DNA of 64,000 nucleotides from Candidatus Dojkabacteria bacterium (lineage in GTDB: Bacteria > Patescibacteriota > Dojkabacteria > SC72 > JAFGCJ01): assembly GCA_016932785.1 (NCBI GenBank), contig JAFGCJ010000002.1:13983-77982 (forward strand), written 5' to 3'. The notes beneath the pieces are model-generated. The model was not told the DNA's origin and did no database searches. It was given only the letters and a program-made list of their open reading frames with translations. The position numbers were made by a program, and so were the translations under genes. This document shows, one piece after another, positions 30,519 through 38,716 of the stretch (its first letter is position 1; each line of letters begins with the position of its first letter).

Positions 30519-31322
30519 ATGTTATCTAAATATGCAATAAATAAGCAAAAGGGGAATATTGGAGAGGCATTTGTACAGTTTTTCTTATCTAGATTTGCGC
30601 TTGTTCATAAGGTGGATGGTGGAAATGATCTTGGTAATGATTTCTTCTGTGAACTATTTTTGGAGGAATATCCTACGAACATACTATTTTATGTACAGGT
30701 AAAGCTTTGGTGCTCTGAGCCTAGGGTTAAAGAATCTACAAAAGATTATTGGAGAAAGGCTCAGATACCTGTGTATTTATTCTGGGTGAAATGTGCAGGT
30801 AAAGAATTCGATGATATTGTTTTGGACGATGCTTTAGATGAAGCTTCATGGGTAGTTAAATATAAAAGAATGACAGCTGAGTTGCACAAAGAAAAGGCTG
30901 AAGGATTTGAAGATTTTGATTTGTTGAAATTTAAGAGAGATTTAATGATTGATTATGCTAGGTCGATGTTTATACGTGGTTTCACCCCTGTTTTTGATGC
31001 GGGAATGTTTTTCACAGAAAAGGAGAGAAGTAATCTTGACCTGGCTAGATTTCAAAATCCCGCGAGGAGCCTCATAAAGGAAGATCAATACGTAGAGACA
31101 GTACTTGATGAAAGCTGGTCTCATTTTATCTCTGTAGCACATTTGTTACATAGAATGTACAAAGAACTTAAGAAAGAAGAATATTTGAAAGGTGCTGAAG
31201 ACTGCATTAATCTTGCCGAAACATTATATGGAATATCTAATGTCACAGATGTTGATCATGTCTTGGCCTATTTATGGAGCGTAAAGAAAGAAATACGTAA
31301 TTCACGAAATCAGTTAGGTTAA
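30519..31322 (+). CDS. DUF4365-type PD-(D/E)xK nuclease-fold protein
   Basis: GNIGEAFVQFFLSRFALVHKVDGGNDLGNDFFCELF...ILFYVQVK reproduces the DUF4365 pattern (iGE...D.GxD...E...hVQVK, a restriction-endonuclease-like D/E-K core). The ORF-track GTG start at 30453 would overlap the tRNA-Lys 3' end, so the internal Met at about 30519 is preferred. Confidence 0.5.
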   Translation: MLSKYAINKQKGNIGEAFVQFFLSRFALVHKVDGGNDLGNDFFCELFLEEYPTNILFYVQVKLWCSEPRVKESTKDYWRKAQIPVYLFWVKCAGKEFDDIVLDDALDEASWVVKYKRMTAELHKEKAEGFEDFDLLKFKRDLMIDYARSMFIRGFTPVFDAGMFFTEKERSNLDLARFQNPARSLIKEDQYVETVLDESWSHFISVAHLLHRMYKELKKEEYLKGAEDCINLAETLYGISNVTDVDHVLAYLWSVKKEIRNSRNQLG

Positions 31323-31477
31323 AGGGTGCCTAATAAGTATTGATTGTCAATAATTTTCCTTGAAGCCAGATGAGAGAGCAATTCCTCACAGCAATGTTTA
31401 AAGCGATAGGCTGGGATATCAATAATGAACAAGGTTATGCAGAACAGTATAAAGAGGTTGTTCATGGAGACAAAGAG

Positions 31478-33049
31478 TTAATCCATATATTCTTTCAAAT
31501 ATTTTCTTAACCTCTTATCCACAACATACACATAAGTTCCACGAATGCCCCGTGTAAGCAATGTTTTGTAAATATTTTTAATGTAGCTTTCAAGCTCGTT
31601 CGGATCAGAAATAGCTCTTTTACCATTAAAATCAAGATATTTACTTTTGTCTATAACAATACTCTTTTTATCCTTGTCATATGAGATTTCCGGCCCAATA
31701 ATAACTCCAGCATAGTTAAGGTCATACCCCTGAATTGTATGGATGCAACCAACCTCATTTACGGCATTCTCTGAGTTGACCCAATCCTTTGTAACGCTGT
31801 TCCATCTTAACTTAACGTCGTCAATTTCTATATCGTAATCAATAGACTCATCTTTTTTGGTTTTCCATTCCCATGAGTACCCAGCTAATAGTCTTGAAAG
31901 TCCGATATTCTTGTCTTGTTCTTTTATGGCATCAACTAGTTCTCTTATATCGCCGAATAGCTTAAGTTCATATTCGTCGAATTTGACCTTCTCTTTCTGC
32001 TCGACATTGAGTATTCGTCTTATATATTCGATATAGTCCTGTCCGCCCCTCACTCTCATTTGGGAAATCAACGCGTATTCTTTCATCTTGTACTTTCTTA
32101 TATGGTGCTCCCTTATATCTGCTGGCTTAATGCTCTGATTTTTGTCGTAGAAAAGAACTTGATGTTTGGAGGAGTTAATAATCCAGTCTAGCTCAGTCCC
32201 CTCTTCTTTTTTGAGGCCTAAGGTTTTGTTTATCCTATCGAAGTCTCTGTAGTTAGTTAGGTTTACTCTTCTTTGTAATCTGTGCGCTTCATCAACAATT
32301 AATATGTCGTAATCGAATTTGATGACGTCGTTTGGTCCTATGACCATACCCGGATTTAATCCTTTTACTGATTTGAAGACTTTTTTTAGTGTTTTCCTTA
32401 GGGAAGTCATAGGAATTACCAAACCAATCCTGAGGTCTTGTGCCCAATCCTGTTCATATAGATATTTCATTAAGTATACCGCCACTATTGTCTTTCCGGT
32501 TCCTGGCTCTCCTGAAACAATACTGGTTTGGTGGCTGTCTTTTTTAATACTTTCCGTTATCTCCTGAACAACATTAAGCTGGTCTTCGCTAAGGCTTTTA
32601 TAGGGAGAATATTTAAACAAGTCACTATTTTCTATCTGAACAAGAGCTTGATTAGCCAGTTCTCTCTTTAGTAGTTCTTTCCATATAACTTCAAATTTTG
32701 CTTGATAACGTTCTCGGTCATAGTAGTCCGATTCTTTAACACCTGAATTACCGTTCTGGAGTAGATATTTGCCATCGCCGGACATGTATTTTATTAAGGA
32801 AGATTCAATGTCTAGAGTAGCCGATTTATTGTACTCGTCATCAGCAATTACATGTAAATTCTTCAGCCTTGCTCTTTCAGGATTTTCTATTTGTTGTTTT
32901 GCCCTATTATAAGCACTTACTGATTCTCCAACATATGCTTCTCTTCCATCTTCGATTATGTATACAATCGGCCAATTTAAGCCAAATCTGTAATCCTTAA
33001 TTTTCTGGATTGTGCTTGGAGTAAAACTGTATTTGGTTATCTCATACAT
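31478..33049 (-). CDS. GIY-YIG nuclease-like N-terminal domain fused to DUF2075 (Schlafen-helicase-like) P-loop NTPase
   Basis: N-terminal WPIVYIIEDGREAYVGESVSAYNRAKQ (GIY-YIG-like). Walker A IVSGEPGTGKT. Walker B/DEAH-like ILIVDEAHRL. The C-terminal region is typical of DUF2075 proteins. Confidence 0.6.
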   Translation of the reverse strand: MYEITKYSFTPSTIQKIKDYRFGLNWPIVYIIEDGREAYVGESVSAYNRAKQQIENPERARLKNLHVIADDEYNKSATLDIESSLIKYMSGDGKYLLQNGNSGVKESDYYDRERYQAKFEVIWKELLKRELANQALVQIENSDLFKYSPYKSLSEDQLNVVQEITESIKKDSHQTSIVSGEPGTGKTIVAVYLMKYLYEQDWAQDLRIGLVIPMTSLRKTLKKVFKSVKGLNPGMVIGPNDVIKFDYDILIVDEAHRLQRRVNLTNYRDFDRINKTLGLKKEEGTELDWIINSSKHQVLFYDKNQSIKPADIREHHIRKYKMKEYALISQMRVRGGQDYIEYIRRILNVEQKEKVKFDEYELKLFGDIRELVDAIKEQDKNIGLSRLLAGYSWEWKTKKDESIDYDIEIDDVKLRWNSVTKDWVNSENAVNEVGCIHTIQGYDLNYAGVIIGPEISYDKDKKSIVIDKSKYLDFNGKRAISDPNELESYIKNIYKTLLTRGIRGTYVYVVDKRLRKYLKEYMD

Positions 33050-33066
33050 AATTTTCGATCAGTTTT

Positions 33067-33423
33067 TTAGAGTTTTGTATATTTTTTGCTTGTTCCCTTA
33101 GCCTTCTCTACCGGGTATTTTTTGCTGTTTTGTTCGATTTTTTTTTGAACGATTTCGTCAATGTTAACATCGAGTGTTTCTGCTAGCAGTGCGATATATA
33201 TTAATATGTCGGCTAATTCCTCGATCACTTCTTTCTTGTCATACTTGGAGGTCCATTGAAAGCATTCTAGTAATTCTCCTGCCTCTATTGATATTGATTT
33301 GGCAAGATTTTCTTCTGAATGGAACTGTTTCCAATCTCTATCATCTCTAAATTTAATGAGTTTCTCTATGATTTCTCTTTTCATTAAAATTTCATTAAGA
33401 ATTGTTTTTTTTAATTCTAGCAT
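33067..33423 (-). CDS. MazG-like nucleoside triphosphate pyrophosphohydrolase
   Basis: EENLAKSISIEAGELLECFQW...EELADILIYIALLAETLDVNIDEIV carries the EExxE/D metal-binding helices of all-alpha NTP-PPase (MazG/HisE) proteins. 118 aa. Tail-to-head with the DUF2075 gene, 17 nt gap. Confidence 0.65.
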   Translation of the reverse strand: MLELKKTILNEILMKREIIEKLIKFRDDRDWKQFHSEENLAKSISIEAGELLECFQWTSKYDKKEVIEELADILIYIALLAETLDVNIDEIVQKKIEQNSKKYPVEKAKGTSKKYTKL

Positions 33424-33518
33424 AATGTGTGGGTTTACTAAACAAAGGAGATACAGTAATGAAGGTCTATCAGTTGTAATAGGTTAGCAAATATTCTCTC
33501 AACATGGTTCGATTTCTT

Positions 33519-33570
33519 TCCCCAGTTCCTACCCCTACCCCATCCCCACCCTCACCTCCGCTCCCCGCCC
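33519..33570. repeat. C-rich homopyrimidine tract; strong G-quadruplex motif on the minus strand
   Basis: Plus strand: CCCCAGTTCCTACCCCTACCCCATCCCCACCCTCACCTCCGCTCCCCGCCC. Minus strand: GGGCGGGGAGCGGAGGTGAGGGTGGGGATGGGGTAGGGGTAGG, with at least four G3-4 runs separated by 1-2 nt loops. Located in the divergent intergenic region between the MazG-like gene and the CDS at 33625. Confidence 0.6.
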
Positions 33571-33624
33571 AAATATTTTTCTATGCTACAATGAAGTTGT
33601 ACTAACCTAATCGCTTCACCCACC

Positions 33625-33939
33625 ATGAACAAAATCACTCTCGGTATTATCTGCGGACTAGCCTTTGGAATTCTCGATGTTCTCATAATGATCCCTATGC
33701 CTGAAAAAGATAAACGTAAAAAGACTGAAGCCATGATTGGAGCTTTCCTCGAGCGATTCATGGTCGGATTGATAATTCCGAATTTAAATCTCGGAACCGG
33801 ATACGTAGTTACTGGTATCATTGTTGGACTTGGGCTTAGTGTCCCTACTGCGGTTATTACTCGGGCTTATGCCCCTATCATCGGGATCGGCGTTGTTGGC
33901 GGTTTGATTATTGGGCTAATTTCTAATGCTGTAATATAA
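33625..33939 (+). CDS. Small glycine-zipper integral membrane protein
   Basis: 104 aa. Three hydrophobic segments rich in GxxxG (GIICGLAFGILDVLIMI; GIIVGLGLSV; GIGVVGGLIIGLI). Confidence 0.4.
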   Translation: MNKITLGIICGLAFGILDVLIMIPMPEKDKRKKTEAMIGAFLERFMVGLIIPNLNLGTGYVVTGIIVGLGLSVPTAVITRAYAPIIGIGVVGGLIIGLISNAVI

Positions 33940-33951
33940 CACGGTAATATA

Positions 33952-34209
33952 ATGCGGCAATATTCAAAGTTTACAGACAACAAGGATCCTGTAGTCGCTG
34001 TACTCCTTGATCGACTGTTTCAGGTTCTTGATGAAATCACGGGCGGTGAATATGAAGTGGAAGGTAAAAAACCTATCTCACTTATTGATGGAAAAGCTCT
34101 GGTGGATCGGACTCTAAATCATTTCTCGGAGATTGATACGAAGTATCAAAAGATAATTGGGGTTAAGGAGAAACAAGTAGCCATTGGTGACAAATTTGAA
34201 TTTGTATAG
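33952..34209 (+). CDS. Small hypothetical protein (85 aa)
   Basis: Compact ORF immediately after the membrane protein. No motif recognised. Confidence 0.3.
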   Translation: MRQYSKFTDNKDPVVAVLLDRLFQVLDEITGGEYEVEGKKPISLIDGKALVDRTLNHFSEIDTKYQKIIGVKEKQVAIGDKFEFV

Positions 34210-34235
34210 TACTCTAATTTAGTAGTATATAGATA

Positions 34236-34970
34236 GTGCAAAAATCTTACAAAAACCTAGCAAAATACTACGATCTCTGCTTTCAGCAAAAAGATTACCA
34301 GAAGGAGGTAGATTTCATATTGGAACTTGTTGATAAATATGGCATCAATAAAGAATCAATCCTAGATGTTGGTTGTGGGACCGGGACACATCTTTGCCTT
34401 CTGAAAAACCATTTTGACAATCTCTATGGCGTCGATTTAAACAAGGAAATTCTTGAAATCGCAAAAACCAAGGTTCCTGGCGCTCATTTTCTCAATGCAG
34501 GAATGTCCGACTTTAAGATTAAAGAGAAGTTTGATGTCATTACCTCTTTATATTCAGTTTTTAACTACAATAAAGATGTGGATTCTGCCACTAAGACGCT
34601 GCAGAATTTCCATAAGCACTTACAGGAAAAAGGAGTTGTAATAATTGCTCTGTATAACGAAAGAACTACTGATAAGAAAATTTCCCTTCATGTGGGTAAA
34701 GATGACGATACAAAAGTGGCAAAGATAGATCAGTTCAGGTATATACCTAAGGACAAAACTGTGAAATCCGAACATTTAGTTCTGATTAAAGACAATGAAG
34801 AGATAGATTTTGAAGTTGAGGATGATGATATTTATAGGATTTTTGATTTTGATGAAATAGAGAGTATGGTAAAGGAGTCAGGATTTTCGAATAGCGAGAT
34901 ATATGATAGGTTTTCGTTCGATAAAGCGGCAAATAAGTCTAAATTTCCTGTGTTGGTGTTAAGGAGGTGA
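34236..34970 (+). CDS. Class I SAM-dependent methyltransferase (TylM1/DesVI-like small-molecule N-methyltransferase family)
   Basis: YYDLCF...ILDVGCGTGTHLCLL (SAM motif I), GVDLNKEILEIAK, DVITSLYSVFNY. The overall layout matches sugar N,N-dimethyltransferase-like MTases. Confidence 0.6.
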   Translation: MQKSYKNLAKYYDLCFQQKDYQKEVDFILELVDKYGINKESILDVGCGTGTHLCLLKNHFDNLYGVDLNKEILEIAKTKVPGAHFLNAGMSDFKIKEKFDVITSLYSVFNYNKDVDSATKTLQNFHKHLQEKGVVIIALYNERTTDKKISLHVGKDDDTKVAKIDQFRYIPKDKTVKSEHLVLIKDNEEIDFEVEDDDIYRIFDFDEIESMVKESGFSNSEIYDRFSFDKAANKSKFPVLVLRR

Positions 34971-34979
34971 GTATGCACA

Positions 34980-35125
34980 TAACTCATCCCTCTCAAGATG
35001 TGTAATATCAAGGGCTTGGTTACAGAGGGCCCGTGCCTTTTGAGCAGTTATCCCTTTAAGTAGTTGTGAATATGGTAGTTGAAGATCAGCTATAGGTGAC
35101 GTGAATTAATTATATCATATGTAGC
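34980..35125 (-). pseudogene. Degenerate duplicate of the 5' end (first ~45 codons plus ~25 bp upstream) of the gene at 36876-37697
   Basis: About 88% nucleotide identity to 37560-37725 over ~145 bp. Start codon ATG is mutated to ACG. Reading frame is retained for ~45 codons (TSPIADLQLPYSQLLKGITAQKARALCNQALDITHLERDEL) before ending. Confidence 0.55.
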
Positions 35126-35316
35126 GAGTACATATTATAGGATAACAAAGTCTTTTGCTGATGGAAGTTCCTCTTTTGTGGTATAATGCACCAGTTCGAA
35201 ACAAAGTAGGACTTTTGTGAATTTGTTTGTCTCCCCTTCAGAGTAAATCTTAATTCCCAGGTAACTATTTTGGCATGACCGGAATTACCGGGAATTAAAT
35301 TCTACATAATAATACA

Positions 35317-36513
35317 GTGAGTAAATACAATTATAACCACAGAAATCGTGGATACAATGACTATGCAAAGCGAAACGGAAGACGTCGTGGGGGGCGTAAT
35401 AGCTTTCATGGGAGTAAGATTGATCCCAAAAAATATGTCTCAAGTGCTGAGGCTGGACCATCGTGCTCTATTTATCAGGATGACTGCAAATTTGAAGATT
35501 TCAACGTTGCTTCGGTGATCCAGTCGAATATCAGAGCTAAGAATTTCAGCCAACCGACAAAGATACAAGCCCAGGCAATTCCATATGTACTTTCCGGTAA
35601 GGATATTTTGGGATTAGCGGGAACTGGATCTGGTAAAACTGCGGCTTTTCTCGTTCCGATGATTGATAAGGCTCTCAAAGATCGTGGTCAGAAGATCTTG
35701 ATTGTCACTCCAACAAGAGAGCTTGCCGCCCAGATTAGAGATGAATTTGTTACTTTCTCAAAAGGAACGAATCTCAGGTCGGCCGTTGTTATCGGAGGTG
35801 CAAGTATGGGGAAACAAATTTCGGTATTGAAGCAAAACCCTCAGTTTGTTATTGCTACTCCTGGAAGATTGAAAGATCTTTCTCAAAGGGGGGTGATTCA
35901 TTTTGATGTATTTAACAATATTGTACTTGATGAGGTGGATAGGATGCTCGATATGGGTTTTGTCCATGAGATAAAGCAAGTTATTTCAAAATTGAGCCAA
36001 AACAAGCAGTCGATGTTTTTTTCAGCTACTATGAATCCTAAGATCGAGGAAATTGCCAGATCGTTACTTAGGGATCCTGTGAAAATTCAGGTTGAGAGGC
36101 TTTCTTTAAAGAGAAACGTGGAACAGAATGTCGTTAAAGTTAGACCAGAAGAGAAAATTGAGAAGCTCCATGATCTGCTGAATGGCGAAGATTTTCACAA
36201 AGTTCTGATCTTTTCGAGGACTAAATATGGCTCTGATAAACTTTCAAAGACGCTTTTAAAAAGAGGCTTTTGTGTAGATTCGATACATGGTGGCAAAACA
36301 CAGTCAAGAAGAGAAAGAGTAATACGTAAGTTTCGTCAGGATGAGATTAAGATTCTCGTTGCAACAGATGTTGCTGCAAGAGGATTGGATATTGACGATA
36401 TTACCCATGTTATAAACTACGACGAGCCGAATTGTTATGATGACTATATTCACAGGATCGGCCGTACTGGCAGAGCCGGGAAAAAAGGTAACGCGCTCAC
36501 ATTTGTTGGGTAG
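35317..36513 (+). CDS. DEAD-box ATP-dependent RNA helicase (motif II variant DEVD)
   Basis: Q motif, Walker A AGTGSGKT, PTRELA, VLDEVDRMLDMGF, SAT, HRIGRTGRAG. R/G-rich N-terminus. Confidence 0.8.
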   Translation: MSKYNYNHRNRGYNDYAKRNGRRRGGRNSFHGSKIDPKKYVSSAEAGPSCSIYQDDCKFEDFNVASVIQSNIRAKNFSQPTKIQAQAIPYVLSGKDILGLAGTGSGKTAAFLVPMIDKALKDRGQKILIVTPTRELAAQIRDEFVTFSKGTNLRSAVVIGGASMGKQISVLKQNPQFVIATPGRLKDLSQRGVIHFDVFNNIVLDEVDRMLDMGFVHEIKQVISKLSQNKQSMFFSATMNPKIEEIARSLLRDPVKIQVERLSLKRNVEQNVVKVRPEEKIEKLHDLLNGEDFHKVLIFSRTKYGSDKLSKTLLKRGFCVDSIHGGKTQSRRERVIRKFRQDEIKILVATDVAARGLDIDDITHVINYDEPNCYDDYIHRIGRTGRAGKKGNALTFVG

Positions 36514-36875
36514 ATTAATTGCTTGTATTTCCTATGTTGTTAAACCTTCTTGCAATAACCTCGAGATCATCGATGAGATAGATAACGGTGTTAGAGCCCG
36601 TTTTCCGGCGGGTCACCATTTCTCTACTTAGTGAAATTTGCTCAAAGAAGTAATTACTTATAGGGTATTTACAGCTCAAAGAGAGTCGAGAGAGACAATC
36701 AATACTGTAATTTTATTAGAGAACGGTCAATTAGTAGAAGACAGATCATCAGTAAAAATGAATCCTGGTTTTCGTGATGAACGAATTGTCGGTGGAGCAG
36801 ATGATGCCGTTGATTTCACAGAACGAATGGTTGAAAAACTAAAATCGATTGGTGCTGCTTAATACTTTCCGGGAT

Positions 36876-37697
36876 CTATTCAAACTCTCTCTCATAGGGT
36901 CTATTTTGCCTGATCCAGACTTCGGCCTCTCCGTCTCTGGTCAGGGGATCCTCGTTTAGAACAGCTTCAGCTGTAAGAGCGAGGTAATCCCTTACTCCCT
37001 CCGGCAGTACTTCACCTTCTGTTCGACAATCAAATTCCACTGAAAAATCTGCGTCAGCATCAAGAGTTGTAATGACTTCTGTTTTAATGCCGTCAATAGG
37101 AATTCCCAGTATTTTAGAAAATCTTGTTGCTACCTCTGTAGTGACGCGTTGAAATTGTTCGGTTTCTTTCTGTGATTCAGTCATATGTTCTGGACTAGAA
37201 ATTTCTCCGCTTAATAAATGAGCATTTGGAGAGAGAAAAAGTCTGATCTGGGGATTTCTTACTGCTGAGCCCCATCTACGCATTTCATCTTCTGTGAGTG
37301 TAGGAACTGGGTCTGGTGCGTCTTTTCTCCTTAGCATCCAAGCGGTTTCATCCCATACTCTAATGACGGTTCCTAGACCTGGGATTCCAGATTCCTTACA
37401 TAATTCCTGTATTTGTGTCCCAGCTGCGCTGATTTGTTCTTCGTTGGGACGAAAATCAACTCCTTCTTCATAAGTTCCGACACCCGCGGTTAGTTCTATT
37501 GCAAGAACTGTTCCGTCAGTTGCCTCTTTAGCTCCTTTCCCGACTCGTACCTCTCGATCATCTGGATCTAGCGTGTCTATTCCTAGCTCACGATGAGTTA
37601 TATCCAGGGCTTGGTCGCAGAGGGCCCGTGCCTGTTGTGGAGTTACCCCTTTAGGGAGTTGTGAATCTGGTAGTTGAAGATCAGCTATAGGTGACAT
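36876..37697 (-). CDS. Hypothetical protein (273 aa), locally GC-rich (about 47%)
   Basis: No recognisable motif. Codon usage is distinctly G/C-richer than surrounding genes. Its 5' end is duplicated as the pseudogene at 34980-35125. Confidence 0.45.
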   Translation of the reverse strand: MSPIADLQLPDSQLPKGVTPQQARALCDQALDITHRELGIDTLDPDDREVRVGKGAKEATDGTVLAIELTAGVGTYEEGVDFRPNEEQISAAGTQIQELCKESGIPGLGTVIRVWDETAWMLRRKDAPDPVPTLTEDEMRRWGSAVRNPQIRLFLSPNAHLLSGEISSPEHMTESQKETEQFQRVTTEVATRFSKILGIPIDGIKTEVITTLDADADFSVEFDCRTEGEVLPEGVRDYLALTAEAVLNEDPLTRDGEAEVWIRQNRPYEREFE

Positions 37698-37821
37698 GGT
37701 GCAATTATATCATAGGAGATAGAGTTTATGTTATGGGATAGTAGGGTTTTGGTTTGCGTGGGTTTGTCTTGTGGGGCGTGGCTGGTGTGTTGTAATTTTG
37801 CTTTCCACTATTTCGTATGTC

Positions 37822-38601
37822 TTAATTCAGCTTTGCAAGGATCTTGTTTAGTACTGTCTCGCTTTTTGCCATTACGACTGTTGGAAGTAACTTTATGAAT
37901 TTTTTAAACTCAAAGTTCTTGCCATCTAATGTCTTTATTTTGTATCCAAGCTCTTGTGCAAGAATTATTCCTGGTAGTAAATCCTCAGTTTCATTTTTTA
38001 TTGCCACTATTGCGTCTGTTTGTCCTCTAAGTAATAGGAGTGCATCGTATGATGGACACCATAGGGAGAGTATTCTTTTAAAGTCTTTTTTCAGTTTTTT
38101 CTTTGCTTTTTCCTGTTCTTTCTGAGCTGCGTATCCTCCTATTAACGATATAATACCTGTTTCCTTTGAATCGGGCTTTGTTGGCGATTTACCATTTATT
38201 GTAACGCCATCGTCTTTCACTGCTTGCACAAAAATATCTAGAATTGGGTAATAAAATGCAGAAAACCCAGTTCCGTTATCACCAATGAATGTTGCAGTAA
38301 TAGAAAATATAGGCAATCCAGCCAGATAATTGCTTGTTCCATCAAGCGGATCAAGCACCCACAGGTTATTTTGACCTTTTGAAAGGCCCATTTCTTCTGA
38401 ATAGATTGAGTCTTTAGGGAATCTCTGCTTTATTCCAGTTACTATTGTTTTTTCGGCATAAATATCTGCCTCTGTCTGTTGATTGAAGTTTCCTTTGTCT
38501 TTATATTCGTGAGGGAGACCAAACTGTGTGGCTATTTGGTCCCCTACTAATTTTGATATGTCATTAAATAGGCTTAATCTCTCTTTAATCTGTTCTATCA
38601 T
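37822..38601 (-). CDS. Inositol monophosphatase / FBPase-family phosphatase (SuhB/CysQ-like)
   Basis: WVLDPLDGTSNYLAGLP (DPxDGT motif). Upstream E...EE metal-binding motif. Confidence 0.7.
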   Translation of the reverse strand: MIEQIKERLSLFNDISKLVGDQIATQFGLPHEYKDKGNFNQQTEADIYAEKTIVTGIKQRFPKDSIYSEEMGLSKGQNNLWVLDPLDGTSNYLAGLPIFSITATFIGDNGTGFSAFYYPILDIFVQAVKDDGVTINGKSPTKPDSKETGIISLIGGYAAQKEQEKAKKKLKKDFKRILSLWCPSYDALLLLRGQTDAIVAIKNETEDLLPGIILAQELGYKIKTLDGKNFEFKKFIKLLPTVVMAKSETVLNKILAKLN

Positions 38602-38716
38602 GAGAATACTTTACTATCAGTGGTAGTTAATTTCAATACTTAATTTCTATTTTCAGTACTATCTGGAATCGTGCTATTATGAATAGTAATAAGATTAATT
38701 TATTAATCTAACTATT

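Noticed and set aside
30408-35125. Calling the tRNA-Lys island an integrative mobile element (prophage/ICE)
   Set aside because: No integrase, recombinase, transposase or repeated copy of the tRNA 3' end could be found by eye. It is therefore described only as an accessory island.
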